Shown here: one piece after another, positions 17,501 through 25,003 of the stretch
Numbering within the stretch: the first letter of the stretch is position 1
How the letters are laid out: each line of letters starts with the position of its first letter
Assembly (NCBI GenBank): GCA_964617105.1
Contig: CAZTWC010000013.1
Span: 1 to 29,225 of the forward strand
Length of the DNA: 29,225 nt
Reading direction: 5' to 3'
Source: an uncultured Myxococcia bacterium
GTDB taxonomy: Bacteria; CAZTWC01
Position numbers and translations under genes: made by a program
Notes under the pieces: model-generated
What the model was told of the DNA's origin: nothing
Databases searched by the model: none
What the model saw: the letters and a program-made list of their open reading frames with translations, nothing else

Positions 17501-18838
17501 ATGCAAAAAAATCGCCTGATTAAGTTGGTTGAGGAGGCTGGCGTTGTTGGAGCCGGCGGGGCAGGTTTTCCCTCTCATCTAAAGATATCATCTAAAGTTG
17601 ATACGGTAATCGCTAATGGGGCCGAGTGTGAACCGCTCCTATATACTGACCAGACCGCCATGATTGAACAAACGCGCGAATTAGTGGCTGGATTGGAGAT
17701 GGTGGTTAATATCACTGGCGCCCAAAAAGGGATCATTGCGCTTAAAAGCGTCTATCAAGACTGCATCAAAAAATTAAAGGCCGCGATAAAGGGAAAAAAT
17801 GGGATTGAACTATTTTTGTTAGAAGATTTTTATCCTTGCGGAGATGAGCATGTTCTCACCTTTGAAGTTACCGGCAGGCTGGTTCCTCAGCGGGGAATCC
17901 CTCTGGAAACCGGGGTGCTGGTGCACAACGTCACTACCCTGATCAATATTTATCATGCCAGCCATGGTCAAAAGGTGGTGGATCGAGCCCTTACCGTTAC
18001 CGGAGAAGTAAAAAATCGCGGCGTGATTAAAGTGCCTGTAGGGACATCAATAAAAGAGGTGCTGGCTCAATGCGGCGGCCCTACAGTTCATCCCTTTAGA
18101 GTGATTTGCGGCGGACCGATGATGGGAAATGAGGAGGAAGATCTGCTTCAATCCGTAGATAAACTCACCGCCGGCCTGATAGTTCTGCCGGCTAACCATC
18201 TTTATTTTACGTTGAGAGGTGCGGAGAGTAAAAAGGCCCAGGGTTACCTTAGCCGGGCCACCGCCTGTATTCAGTGCAGCGACTGCACTTCTCTTTGCCC
18301 CCGTTATTTACTCGGGCATCAAATTCAACCTCATATCTTGATGCGCAATATCACCTTCTCTGGCCCAGATCCCCAAAAGGGCTCTCAGGCTTTGCTATGC
18401 TGCCAGTGTGGTCTTTGCTCTCTCTACGCCTGCTCCCAGGGCCATTCCCCCCGCACCCTGTGTATCCAACTAAAAGAGATGGGCGCCAGTCAAAATATCG
18501 AGCCGCCCGTAAAGATGGTGCCGCCCGCAGTGCGAGAGGGACGTAACTACAAAAAGGTCCCCAAACTAAACCTGGTCAGGGCTCTAAAATTAGAGAAATA
18601 TTACCATCCGTTAAAAACCATTATTCCCAATGAAAATTGGACCAGGGTTCGGATAAAAATGCTGCAGCATTTTGGCCAACCAGCCAAATCAATAGTAACT
18701 AAAGGAGAGATGGTAAAGAAAGGGCAAACCATTGCCCAAATGGCTTCAAAACAATTAGGTGCCAACATCCATGCCTCTATTTCCGGCCAGGTAGTAAAAG
18801 CGAACCGGAATGAAGTGGTGATAAAAAAGGTTAAATGA
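17501..18838 (+). CDS. PduS-like RnfC/NuoF-family Fe-S flavoprotein (BMC-associated oxidoreductase)
   Basis: The N-terminus ...VVGAGGAGFPSHLKI...VIANGAECEPLLYTDQ matches the RnfC/PduS nucleotide-binding region. There are two 4Fe-4S motifs: CIQCSDCTSLCP and CCQCGLCSLYAC. The start is 6 bp after the ALDH stop. Confidence 0.8.
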   Translation: MQKNRLIKLVEEAGVVGAGGAGFPSHLKISSKVDTVIANGAECEPLLYTDQTAMIEQTRELVAGLEMVVNITGAQKGIIALKSVYQDCIKKLKAAIKGKNGIELFLLEDFYPCGDEHVLTFEVTGRLVPQRGIPLETGVLVHNVTTLINIYHASHGQKVVDRALTVTGEVKNRGVIKVPVGTSIKEVLAQCGGPTVHPFRVICGGPMMGNEEEDLLQSVDKLTAGLIVLPANHLYFTLRGAESKKAQGYLSRATACIQCSDCTSLCPRYLLGHQIQPHILMRNITFSGPDPQKGSQALLCCQCGLCSLYACSQGHSPRTLCIQLKEMGASQNIEPPVKMVPPAVREGRNYKKVPKLNLVRALKLEKYYHPLKTIIPNENWTRVRIKMLQHFGQPAKSIVTKGEMVKKGQTIAQMASKQLGANIHASISGQVVKANRNEVVIKKVK

Positions 18839-18902
18839 CAGTGTTCACAGGAAAATTAACTGCCATATGAAATTTGGACAAGCAAAGAACTGAGGAAAAA
18901 AG

Positions 18903-19457
18903 ATGTCTTATAAAGATCCCGCCATCGGCATGATAGAAACTTTGAGTATAGCAAAAGGGATGGTGGCCTGTGACACTATGGCTAAAAAAGCCCCTGTCAG
19001 CGTACTCCAGGCCCACAGCATCTGCCCGGGAAAATTTTTAATTATCATCAATGGCGAAGTTTCTGAGGTAGAAGAGTCTATGATGGTGGGAGAAAATAGT
19101 GCGGACCACTACCTGGTAGACAAACTCTTTTTACCCCATGTCGACCCCCAGGTAGGGCCGGCTATTACCCGCACCAACCATATAGAAACTATAAAATCGG
19201 TAGGAATTATAGAAACCTTTACCGCTGCTTCAATAATTTATGCGGCTGATGCTGCCGCCAAGTGCACATCCATAAAACTGATAGATATCAGAATAGCCAA
19301 TGGACTGGGGGGGAAATCCTACCTGACCTTAACTGGTGAGTTGTATGAGGTTGAGGCCTCCATTAAGGCTGGAGTTGAAAAGATCGACACCGGACTTTTG
19401 GTGCAAACCGAGATTATTCCCGCACCCCACCCAGATTTTGTGGCACATCTGTTCTAG
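18903..19457 (+). CDS. BMC-T shell protein (tandem BMC domains, PduT-like) with the conserved pore cysteine
   Basis: The 184-aa product has two BMC domains: AIGMIETLSIAKGMVACDTMAKK...SICPGKFLIIINGE and VGIIETFTAASIIYAADAAAKCT.... It closely parallels Salmonella PduT, including the Cys in the sICPGKF loop that ligates a 4Fe-4S cluster at the trimer centre in PduT. The RBS is GAGGA. Confidence 0.85.
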   Translation: MSYKDPAIGMIETLSIAKGMVACDTMAKKAPVSVLQAHSICPGKFLIIINGEVSEVEESMMVGENSADHYLVDKLFLPHVDPQVGPAITRTNHIETIKSVGIIETFTAASIIYAADAAAKCTSIKLIDIRIANGLGGKSYLTLTGELYEVEASIKAGVEKIDTGLLVQTEIIPAPHPDFVAHLF

Positions 19458-19502
19458 TGTTCATACAGCATTAGTGGTTCGGAGAAATTGCCAGGGCTGT
19501 AG

Positions 19503-20180
19503 TTATCCCCGCAGAGGGGTGCGGCATTTCATACAGAAATTGCTCTTTTCGGTGAGCATCACCTTGTTTTGACAGGATGGACACTGGACGGTGAGTAATC
19601 CCTTCATGGTTTCAATCGCTTCCAAGGCAATCTGGCTGGCCGAAGGGTCTTGATCCACGTAGGCCATCAACTTTGTCAACCTCTCTAAGATCGGCACAAA
19701 TTTAAACTTGGTGCCAATCTCTAAATAGGCTCTCTCCTTGGCAGGCAAACTCTCAGCCTTGGCTGATTCGCCCTTACGGTCATGAATCAATTTTTTGATT
19801 TTGGATAGCAGGACATTGGGATTAAACTCATCGCTCTTAACAATATAATCGTCAGCACCCAAATTTTCGATTAAATAGACAATGTCGTTTTTGGAACGCA
19901 CTGCTGTGTACATAATAACCGGTAAATTTTTAAAAGTGGAATGAGGTCCCTTGAGTAATTTCAAAAGTCCTCTACCATCTATACTCCCGGGCATCTCTAC
20001 ATCCAGGATAAGACAATCGAATACAAACCCGCGCTTTTTGCCGTCTAAGAGTTTCATGTAGGCGCCGTGACCGTTCTCAGCCTCTTCTACCTTAAAATCC
20101 TCTTTTATCAGAAAAGTAGATAAAACTTTTCTAACCAGGGGCTCATCGTCCACTACCAGGATGCTATATTGGTGTACCAT
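19503..20180 (-). CDS. Response regulator receiver (REC) protein with a C-terminal double-CxxC zinc ribbon. It has no classical DNA-binding output domain.
   Basis: The REC domain has ILVVDDEPLVRK... and the acceptor Asp in CLILDVEMPG. The C-terminus reads ...TVQCPSCQNKVMLTEKSNFCMKCRTPLRG. The RBS is GAGGGAG. It is convergent with the BMC operon. Confidence 0.75.
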   Translation of the reverse strand: MVHQYSILVVDDEPLVRKVLSTFLIKEDFKVEEAENGHGAYMKLLDGKKRGFVFDCLILDVEMPGSIDGRGLLKLLKGPHSTFKNLPVIMYTAVRSKNDIVYLIENLGADDYIVKSDEFNPNVLLSKIKKLIHDRKGESAKAESLPAKERAYLEIGTKFKFVPILERLTKLMAYVDQDPSASQIALEAIETMKGLLTVQCPSCQNKVMLTEKSNFCMKCRTPLRG

Positions 20181-20319
20181 ATCTCCCTCACATTTTTTCT
20201 TTTACTAAATTCTTAAAGATTATTTCTCTGGGTTCATCTCTATCTTGACATTTTTTAATATTCCACAATTAAAATCAACTACTATCTTATTAACATAAAA
20301 CTTTTCTTTTTTAAAGAGC

Positions 20320-20380
20320 ATTTCTCGCGATCCGGAAGTAAATTGTTTCCGTTCGAGAAATCACTTGATTGCGAGAATTT
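20320..20380. promoter_or_regulatory. Cluster of three related half-sites in alternating orientation (TTTCTCGCGA core): aTTTCTCGCGAtc at 20320-20332, cgAGAAATc at 20355-20363 and gatTGCGAGAAttt at 20367-20380
   Basis: Read directly. The first and third copies form an 11/13 imperfect inverted repeat. The first and second form a perfect 8-bp inverted repeat (ATTTCTCG / CGAGAAAT). The cluster lies ~10-70 bp upstream of the candidate promoter at 20390. Confidence 0.3.
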
Positions 20381-20389
20381 ATAATAAAT

Positions 20390-20418
20390 TTGCATGTTCA
20401 GTTGCAGTGAGGTAATAT
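20390..20418 (+). promoter_or_regulatory. Candidate sigma70 promoter TTGCAT-17-TAATAT for the zinc-ribbon/TPR gene
   Basis: TTGCAT is at 20390-20395 and TAATAT at 20413-20418. The leader is ~120 nt, with a GAGGA RBS 8 nt before ATG 20545. Confidence 0.35.
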
Positions 20419-20544
20419 ATCTAAATGCATTTAATGGCAGCGATATAGGTACTTCAAAAAGTAGGTTGAACCGGGCCCGGCAACTTTTTAAGCGGGAGTG
20501 GAAAAAAAGAAGCCACTCAACCGGACAACCATGAGGAACACAAC

Positions 20545-21876
20545 ATGAGACAATGTCCATTATGTCAAGAAGAGTTGGAGACAGATGCTAATTTCTGTCC
20601 TGTTTGTGGGGTTGATTTTGAGCAACTGAAAGTTAAAAAGCGCTCCCTTAGTATTGAACCGCAACAGCTCTCCAACGATCTGGACGAGATGCTGGCTTTA
20701 CAGGAACAAGGTGTTTGCTCCAAGGAATTATATATAAAACTGGCAACTTTTTTTCTGAATCAAGAGCGCCTGAATGAGGCCAACGAACAGATAAGCGCTT
20801 TTTTACAAGAAAGTGGCAATGACGTGGAAGCGCTGATGTTAAAAGCGCGAATTATCAAGAAAACTGATGACAAAGAACAATTGAAAGAGGTCTATGCAAC
20901 TGTGGCAGAACAGGGCTATTTCGACCAGGAAGAAACCTTTATCGCCATCCGGGAATTAATAGATATTTATCAATCGGAAAATGATCTGGATAATCTAATT
21001 AAATACCTGGAACTTTTAATTTACACCGCTCTGCACGATGACCCCCTGGTCCGTAAAAAGGTGGGCACTGATTTTTCCTTTATTGACAAACATGAGCACC
21101 TATTACACGAGATGCCCGGGTATATGGAAAATTATTCCATCCTAAGAGGCCTTATCGGTTTGATTAACCAGGATCTGAATGAACTTTACCGGATGCTGGG
21201 CATGAGTTATTTTAAACAAGAAAAATTCTTTCAGGCGGCTAACGCTTTTTACGGTATTGCCGATATAGATCCTTCCCATGCCTACTTTGCCCTGACATTG
21301 ATAAAAATAAAAAAATATAGCAGGGCAGCTGAACTGTTTGATCAAATAGAACCAGATACAATAGCCTTCAATCAAGAGGAGGAGGCGATATTGCAGGAGG
21401 CATTTATAGCCTTTTTAAAACAAAAAAAAACTAGTTTTCAACGTCGTTGTGAAATTGCTCAAAAAGCCCTGGCAATTTTGCCGGAAAGAGAAGAAATCAA
21501 ACAGGCAATAAGTGCTCTCTACAAGCGTCAAGGGTTGAAGTTGCTCTCTAATCAGGAGGAAACCCGGGGGCTGGAAGCGCTGGAGGAGGCTAATAAATAT
21601 TTTCAAGACCAGCAAATTGAAGAAACCTTACAAAAAGTTTACTCCAACCGCAGTAGAAGGGAAAAGATTATTGCCATTAAACGCTATTCGCTAAGTATTC
21701 TTTCCATGCTATTTTTCTCCCTGGTGATGCTGGTTATATTTTTAGCAATTTTTGGCGATATTGGCCAAATCTGGCAAGAGGTCAATACCCTTTTGAAAGA
21801 AAGTTTCGCTGGAGGCAACAGTGCAGAAATCCGACATACACCTATAAACATACAATTCTGGCGAATGCCTGGCTAG
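20545..21876 (+). CDS. Membrane-anchored protein with an N-terminal double-CxxC zinc ribbon, a TPR-like alpha-helical repeat region and a C-terminal TM helix
   Basis: The N-terminus is MRQCPLCQEELETDANFCPVCG. The repeat region is helical and rich in L/A/E/K/Q, with ...AANAFYGIAD.., ...YFALTLIKIKKY.. pairs. The C-terminus LSILSMLFFSLVMLVIFLAIFG is a predicted TM segment. Confidence 0.6.
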   Translation: MRQCPLCQEELETDANFCPVCGVDFEQLKVKKRSLSIEPQQLSNDLDEMLALQEQGVCSKELYIKLATFFLNQERLNEANEQISAFLQESGNDVEALMLKARIIKKTDDKEQLKEVYATVAEQGYFDQEETFIAIRELIDIYQSENDLDNLIKYLELLIYTALHDDPLVRKKVGTDFSFIDKHEHLLHEMPGYMENYSILRGLIGLINQDLNELYRMLGMSYFKQEKFFQAANAFYGIADIDPSHAYFALTLIKIKKYSRAAELFDQIEPDTIAFNQEEEAILQEAFIAFLKQKKTSFQRRCEIAQKALAILPEREEIKQAISALYKRQGLKLLSNQEETRGLEALEEANKYFQDQQIEETLQKVYSNRSRREKIIAIKRYSLSILSMLFFSLVMLVIFLAIFGDIGQIWQEVNTLLKESFAGGNSAEIRHTPINIQFWRMPG

Positions 21877-21905
21877 CGCTCATATGTATTAGGAAAAATT
21901 CCTCT

Positions 21906-23447
21906 ATGGCCGCCCTTCAAAATTCTTTCCGCTATACCTTACTGCTACTCATAACCCTGACCATAATTCGGTTGGTGATTATAGGTCTAACCGGACCAGG
22001 AGATGCTGAAGCCTATTACTGGACCTGGTCGCAGCAATTGGACTGGAGTTACTACGATCACCCACCCATGTTGGCCTGGATTATTGCCGGTTTTACCTCC
22101 ATGGCCGGTGATAATGCCTTTGGCTTACGGTTGGCACCGGTTTTGATCTTTAATATCTCTGGTCTGCTTATGTATCGTCTGGCTGCTGACTCATTTTCAC
22201 CAAAAGCCGGCTTCTGGGCAGTAGCCTTGCTGGCAGTTACCCCTGCCTTTTTCTTAGGAGGGATTTCTGCCTCGCCGGATGTAGTGTTGGCCCCCTTTTG
22301 CCTGGCTTTTTTTATCCTTTTCCAACGTAGCCTGAACAAGATCTCTCCACTGAATATTATTCTCTGTGGACTGCTTTTAGGTCTGGGATTTTTGGCCAAG
22401 TACTTTATGCTGGTAATTATTCTTCCCACTTTAATCATTTTGCTGTTCAAACCCTACAGAATACATTGGCGCCAGCCCTGGTTCTATTTGTCTTCCCTGC
22501 TGGCCCTAATTCTTTCCCTGCCAGTGCTCTATTGGAACTGGATAAACCACTGGCCTTCTTTGAAATTTCACCTGGTCCAGAGGCATAATTGGGGAAGTAT
22601 GTCACTCAGCAACCTGGCCACTAACCTGGGCCAACTGGTGGGAGGTCAGATATTATATTTCAGTCCTTTTTTATTGGCTCTGATGGTTATCTGCCTGCTC
22701 AGACAACGAAAAAAGATCCAGTGTAAATGGCCAGAACTTCATCATCCAGTTTTGTTTCTCTCGGTAAATGGATTGGTTTTGCTGAGTTTCTTTTTTCTGG
22801 TTTGCCTGTTAACCAAAGAATCTGAACCCCACTGGCCAGCCATAGGCTATTTACCTCTTATTGCCTTGCTGGGCGGATATATTGCCAAAAACCTTGAAAA
22901 ACCCAGGCAAAAACGGGAACCCTGGTGTGGACGGTATTTATATTACCTGTTTATTTTTCCAATGGTTATCAACGGATTGCTCCTGGTTCATCTACTCACC
23001 CCTTTGGGTTTATATGTGCTAAAAAATTTTGAATACAATCCCCGCTTCGACCTGGCTAACGAGTTGATGGGATGGCCCCGGGTGGCGGCGCAGGTTGAAC
23101 AGATAATCGGCCCTCAGGAAGAGGTGCCCCTGGCCAGTTACCACTACACTATCTGCAGCCAACTCTGGTTTGCCTCAGCCAGGGGGCGGCCAGTTTACTG
23201 CCTCAACAACCGGCTGGATCAATTCGATTTTTTCTCCCTGGGCGATCTGCCAGCCCTAAAAAGAGATAAAATACTATTTATACATGATAACCGGTATAAT
23301 AAAAAGCCTCAGGAGATCTTTCGGGCGAAAAACATTCAGCATATCAAGGAGTTGACTATTGAACGAGTTGGAATAAAGGTGCGTCGATTCAATTTTTACT
23401 TTATCGAAGGATATAAAGGAATCCTGCCAGATATCGAGGGGTTGTAA
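21906..23447 (+). CDS. ArnT/PMT-like membrane glycosyltransferase (GT39/GT83-like, polyprenyl-phosphate-sugar dependent), with ~11 predicted TM segments
   Basis: The motif ...GDAEAYYWTWSQQLDWSYYDHPPMLAWIIA... matches the conserved ArnT/PMT_2 first periplasmic loop. There are many hydrophobic helices. It starts 30 bp after the previous gene. Confidence 0.75.
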   Translation: MAALQNSFRYTLLLLITLTIIRLVIIGLTGPGDAEAYYWTWSQQLDWSYYDHPPMLAWIIAGFTSMAGDNAFGLRLAPVLIFNISGLLMYRLAADSFSPKAGFWAVALLAVTPAFFLGGISASPDVVLAPFCLAFFILFQRSLNKISPLNIILCGLLLGLGFLAKYFMLVIILPTLIILLFKPYRIHWRQPWFYLSSLLALILSLPVLYWNWINHWPSLKFHLVQRHNWGSMSLSNLATNLGQLVGGQILYFSPFLLALMVICLLRQRKKIQCKWPELHHPVLFLSVNGLVLLSFFFLVCLLTKESEPHWPAIGYLPLIALLGGYIAKNLEKPRQKREPWCGRYLYYLFIFPMVINGLLLVHLLTPLGLYVLKNFEYNPRFDLANELMGWPRVAAQVEQIIGPQEEVPLASYHYTICSQLWFASARGRPVYCLNNRLDQFDFFSLGDLPALKRDKILFIHDNRYNKKPQEIFRAKNIQHIKELTIERVGIKVRRFNFYFIEGYKGILPDIEGL

Positions 23448-23553
23448 TATTTTGGTCACTAAATGCCAATCCCTATTCAGGGCTCGAAAAAAGTTACGCC
23501 TGGAGTTGGAAAAATGTGGATTTAAAACTATGAATGCAGATCTATAAAAAAAA

Positions 23554-23590
23554 CCCGGGGAACTTTCTATCGGTTCTCCGGGTTTTACAA
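23554..23590. terminator. Bidirectional rho-independent terminator between the ArnT-like gene (+) and the RRM gene (-)
   Basis: The stem is cccggggaac-(9 nt loop)-gttctccggg (23554-23582), with one mismatch. On the plus strand it is preceded by A8 (23546-23553) and followed by TTTT (23583-23586). On the minus strand the stem is followed by T8. Confidence 0.55.
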
Positions 23591-23600
23591 ATTCTTTTGC

Positions 23601-23626
23601 CAACCCGGCAATAAAATGCCGGGTTG
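23601..23626. terminator. Second perfect 10-bp hairpin caacccggca-ataaaa-tgccgggttg, immediately 3' of the RRM gene stop. It has no flanking U-tract.
   Basis: Read directly. It lies 18 nt from the RRM stop (23644). It could be an RNA-stability hairpin or part of a tandem terminator. Confidence 0.35.
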
Positions 23627-23643
23627 ACTTCAAATATTACAGT

Positions 23644-23907
23644 CTACCATCTGCGGGGTCTACTGTCTCTTTGTCTGGGGGGTCTGGCCTCATCTACGTT
23701 CATGGTGCGGCCCATCAACTCAGTACCGTTCAGTTCTGTTTTGGCAGTTTCTGCTTCGGACTGGCTGGACATCTCCACAAAGCCAAAACCTTTACCATCG
23801 ATAATTTTAACGTCCAACACTTCACCATGATTGGTAAACAGTTCAGTTAACTGTTCTCTAGTTACTGCATAATTTAAATTTCCAACAAACAATTTCCGTC
23901 CTTGCAT
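23644..23907 (-). CDS. RRM-domain RNA-binding protein (glycine-poor, with an Arg-rich tail)
   Basis: MQGRKLFVGNLNYAVTREQL...KGFGFVEMSS... carries RNP2 (LFVGNL) and RNP1 (KGFGFVEM). The start was moved to ATG 23907, which has a GGAGG 6 nt upstream. The track's longer ORF adds 24 residues without an RBS. Confidence 0.8.
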   Translation of the reverse strand: MQGRKLFVGNLNYAVTREQLTELFTNHGEVLDVKIIDGKGFGFVEMSSQSEAETAKTELNGTELMGRTMNVDEARPPRQRDSRPRRW

Positions 23908-24242
23908 CTTAACCTCCAAATGCTTCAAAAAAATAAAATCACCAAAGATGTTCTTAATCAGAGGTGATGATAGCAACAAAAGAGCAATACAAAGACCTCA
24001 AACTACAAACACTGGCGCAGAAAATGATAACGATACAGAGATCTTTATCATTTGTCAACAAAAAAATAACCGCGCGGCAATTTAACAATTTACATCAAAA
24101 AACCGCAACTACCTGAGTATGTAGCAGGGGGTATCTTCCTCCGTCCTCAAAGCAATTGCTGATTTTAGATGATATTTTTTAAAAGTTGAGATAGGATATC
24201 CTTATCTTTAAACTTGCAACAAAACTATGGAACTCTGTTATT

Positions 24243-24983
24243 ATGCCCAAAAGCCTTGTGTTCAAATTACTGCTGCCTGGCTTAATTTTTATCATAAATG
24301 TCATAAATCCCATGGCTCATGCTGACAGCCATTTGGGCAAAATGTCAACATCCAACCCCACTATTACCAAGGTTACTAAGGGAAATCGGACAGGCAAACT
24401 ACTCGAGAAATTGAAAAGCGAAATCATCTTTACCAGGGGTATGGTCAATGGAATTAGTACTAATTCAAAAATCAAGGCTAAACTTAATAAGCACCTAAAA
24501 AACAGTCTAAAACTAATCAAGGCCCTGGAAAAACATTACGCTTCAACCGTTGGCAATAATGATCCCTGCCAACCCACCCAGGGAGCCAAGATATTAGTTG
24601 TTGACAAAGAGAACTCCAAAACCGAAACCCTGGAGGTAAAATCGGCACAACCTGTTCCGGCTATATTGGCCCCAGCGCCAGTTCCTGCCGCTGAATTTAT
24701 TGATATTGTCGGCCGCTTGGATGAAACCAATTTTGCCGACCACCGGCTGCAATTACTGCAGTCACTATCGGATCAAAATTTCAGCGTGGTTCAATTGGTA
24801 AAAATATTAGACCGATTTCCCTTTGCTGATGATAGAATAAAAGCGGTGTTGATTATCTATCCCAGGTTGGTTGATAAGTCCAGATTGTACCAGGTTTACA
24901 GTACTTTTCCCTTTAGTACGGATCGGGAAAGATTAAAAAAAGAGATCAACCAATTACAAAAACCAACCAATTCAAAAAAATAA
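24243..24983 (+). CDS. Secreted protein with an N-terminal signal peptide and a C-terminal DUF4476-like domain
   Basis: MPKSLVFKLLLPGLIFIINVINPMAHA is a signal peptide. The C-terminus ...FADHRLQLLQSLSDQNFSVVQLVKILDRFPFADDRIKAVLIIYPRLVDKSRLYQVYSTFPFSTDRERL... resembles the DUF4476 repeat pattern (F..D.L....K.....F...Q...L...F.F...KL...). This match is from memory only. Confidence 0.45.
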   Translation: MPKSLVFKLLLPGLIFIINVINPMAHADSHLGKMSTSNPTITKVTKGNRTGKLLEKLKSEIIFTRGMVNGISTNSKIKAKLNKHLKNSLKLIKALEKHYASTVGNNDPCQPTQGAKILVVDKENSKTETLEVKSAQPVPAILAPAPVPAAEFIDIVGRLDETNFADHRLQLLQSLSDQNFSVVQLVKILDRFPFADDRIKAVLIIYPRLVDKSRLYQVYSTFPFSTDRERLKKEINQLQKPTNSKK

Positions 24984-25003
24984 CTCAATTCTCAGGTGCG
25001 CCT

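Noticed and set aside
19458-19502. Possible intrinsic terminator after BMC-T (ccccgcagagggg)
   Set aside because: The short GC stem lies partly inside the convergent regulator's coding sequence and has no U-tract. Not convincing. The BMC operon is probably terminated by convergent transcription or an element I cannot see.
20282-20560. 92-aa minus-strand ORF spanning the 19503/20545 intergenic region
   Set aside because: It covers the repeat cluster and the predicted promoter. It has a Cys/Leu/Phe-rich odd composition and no RBS. It is more likely non-coding regulatory DNA.
23644-23979. Longer 111-aa version of the RRM protein starting at 23979
   Set aside because: The internal ATG at 23907 has a GGAGG RBS and begins exactly at RNP2 (LFVGNL). 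The upstream 24 codons lack an RBS and have no homolog-like features.
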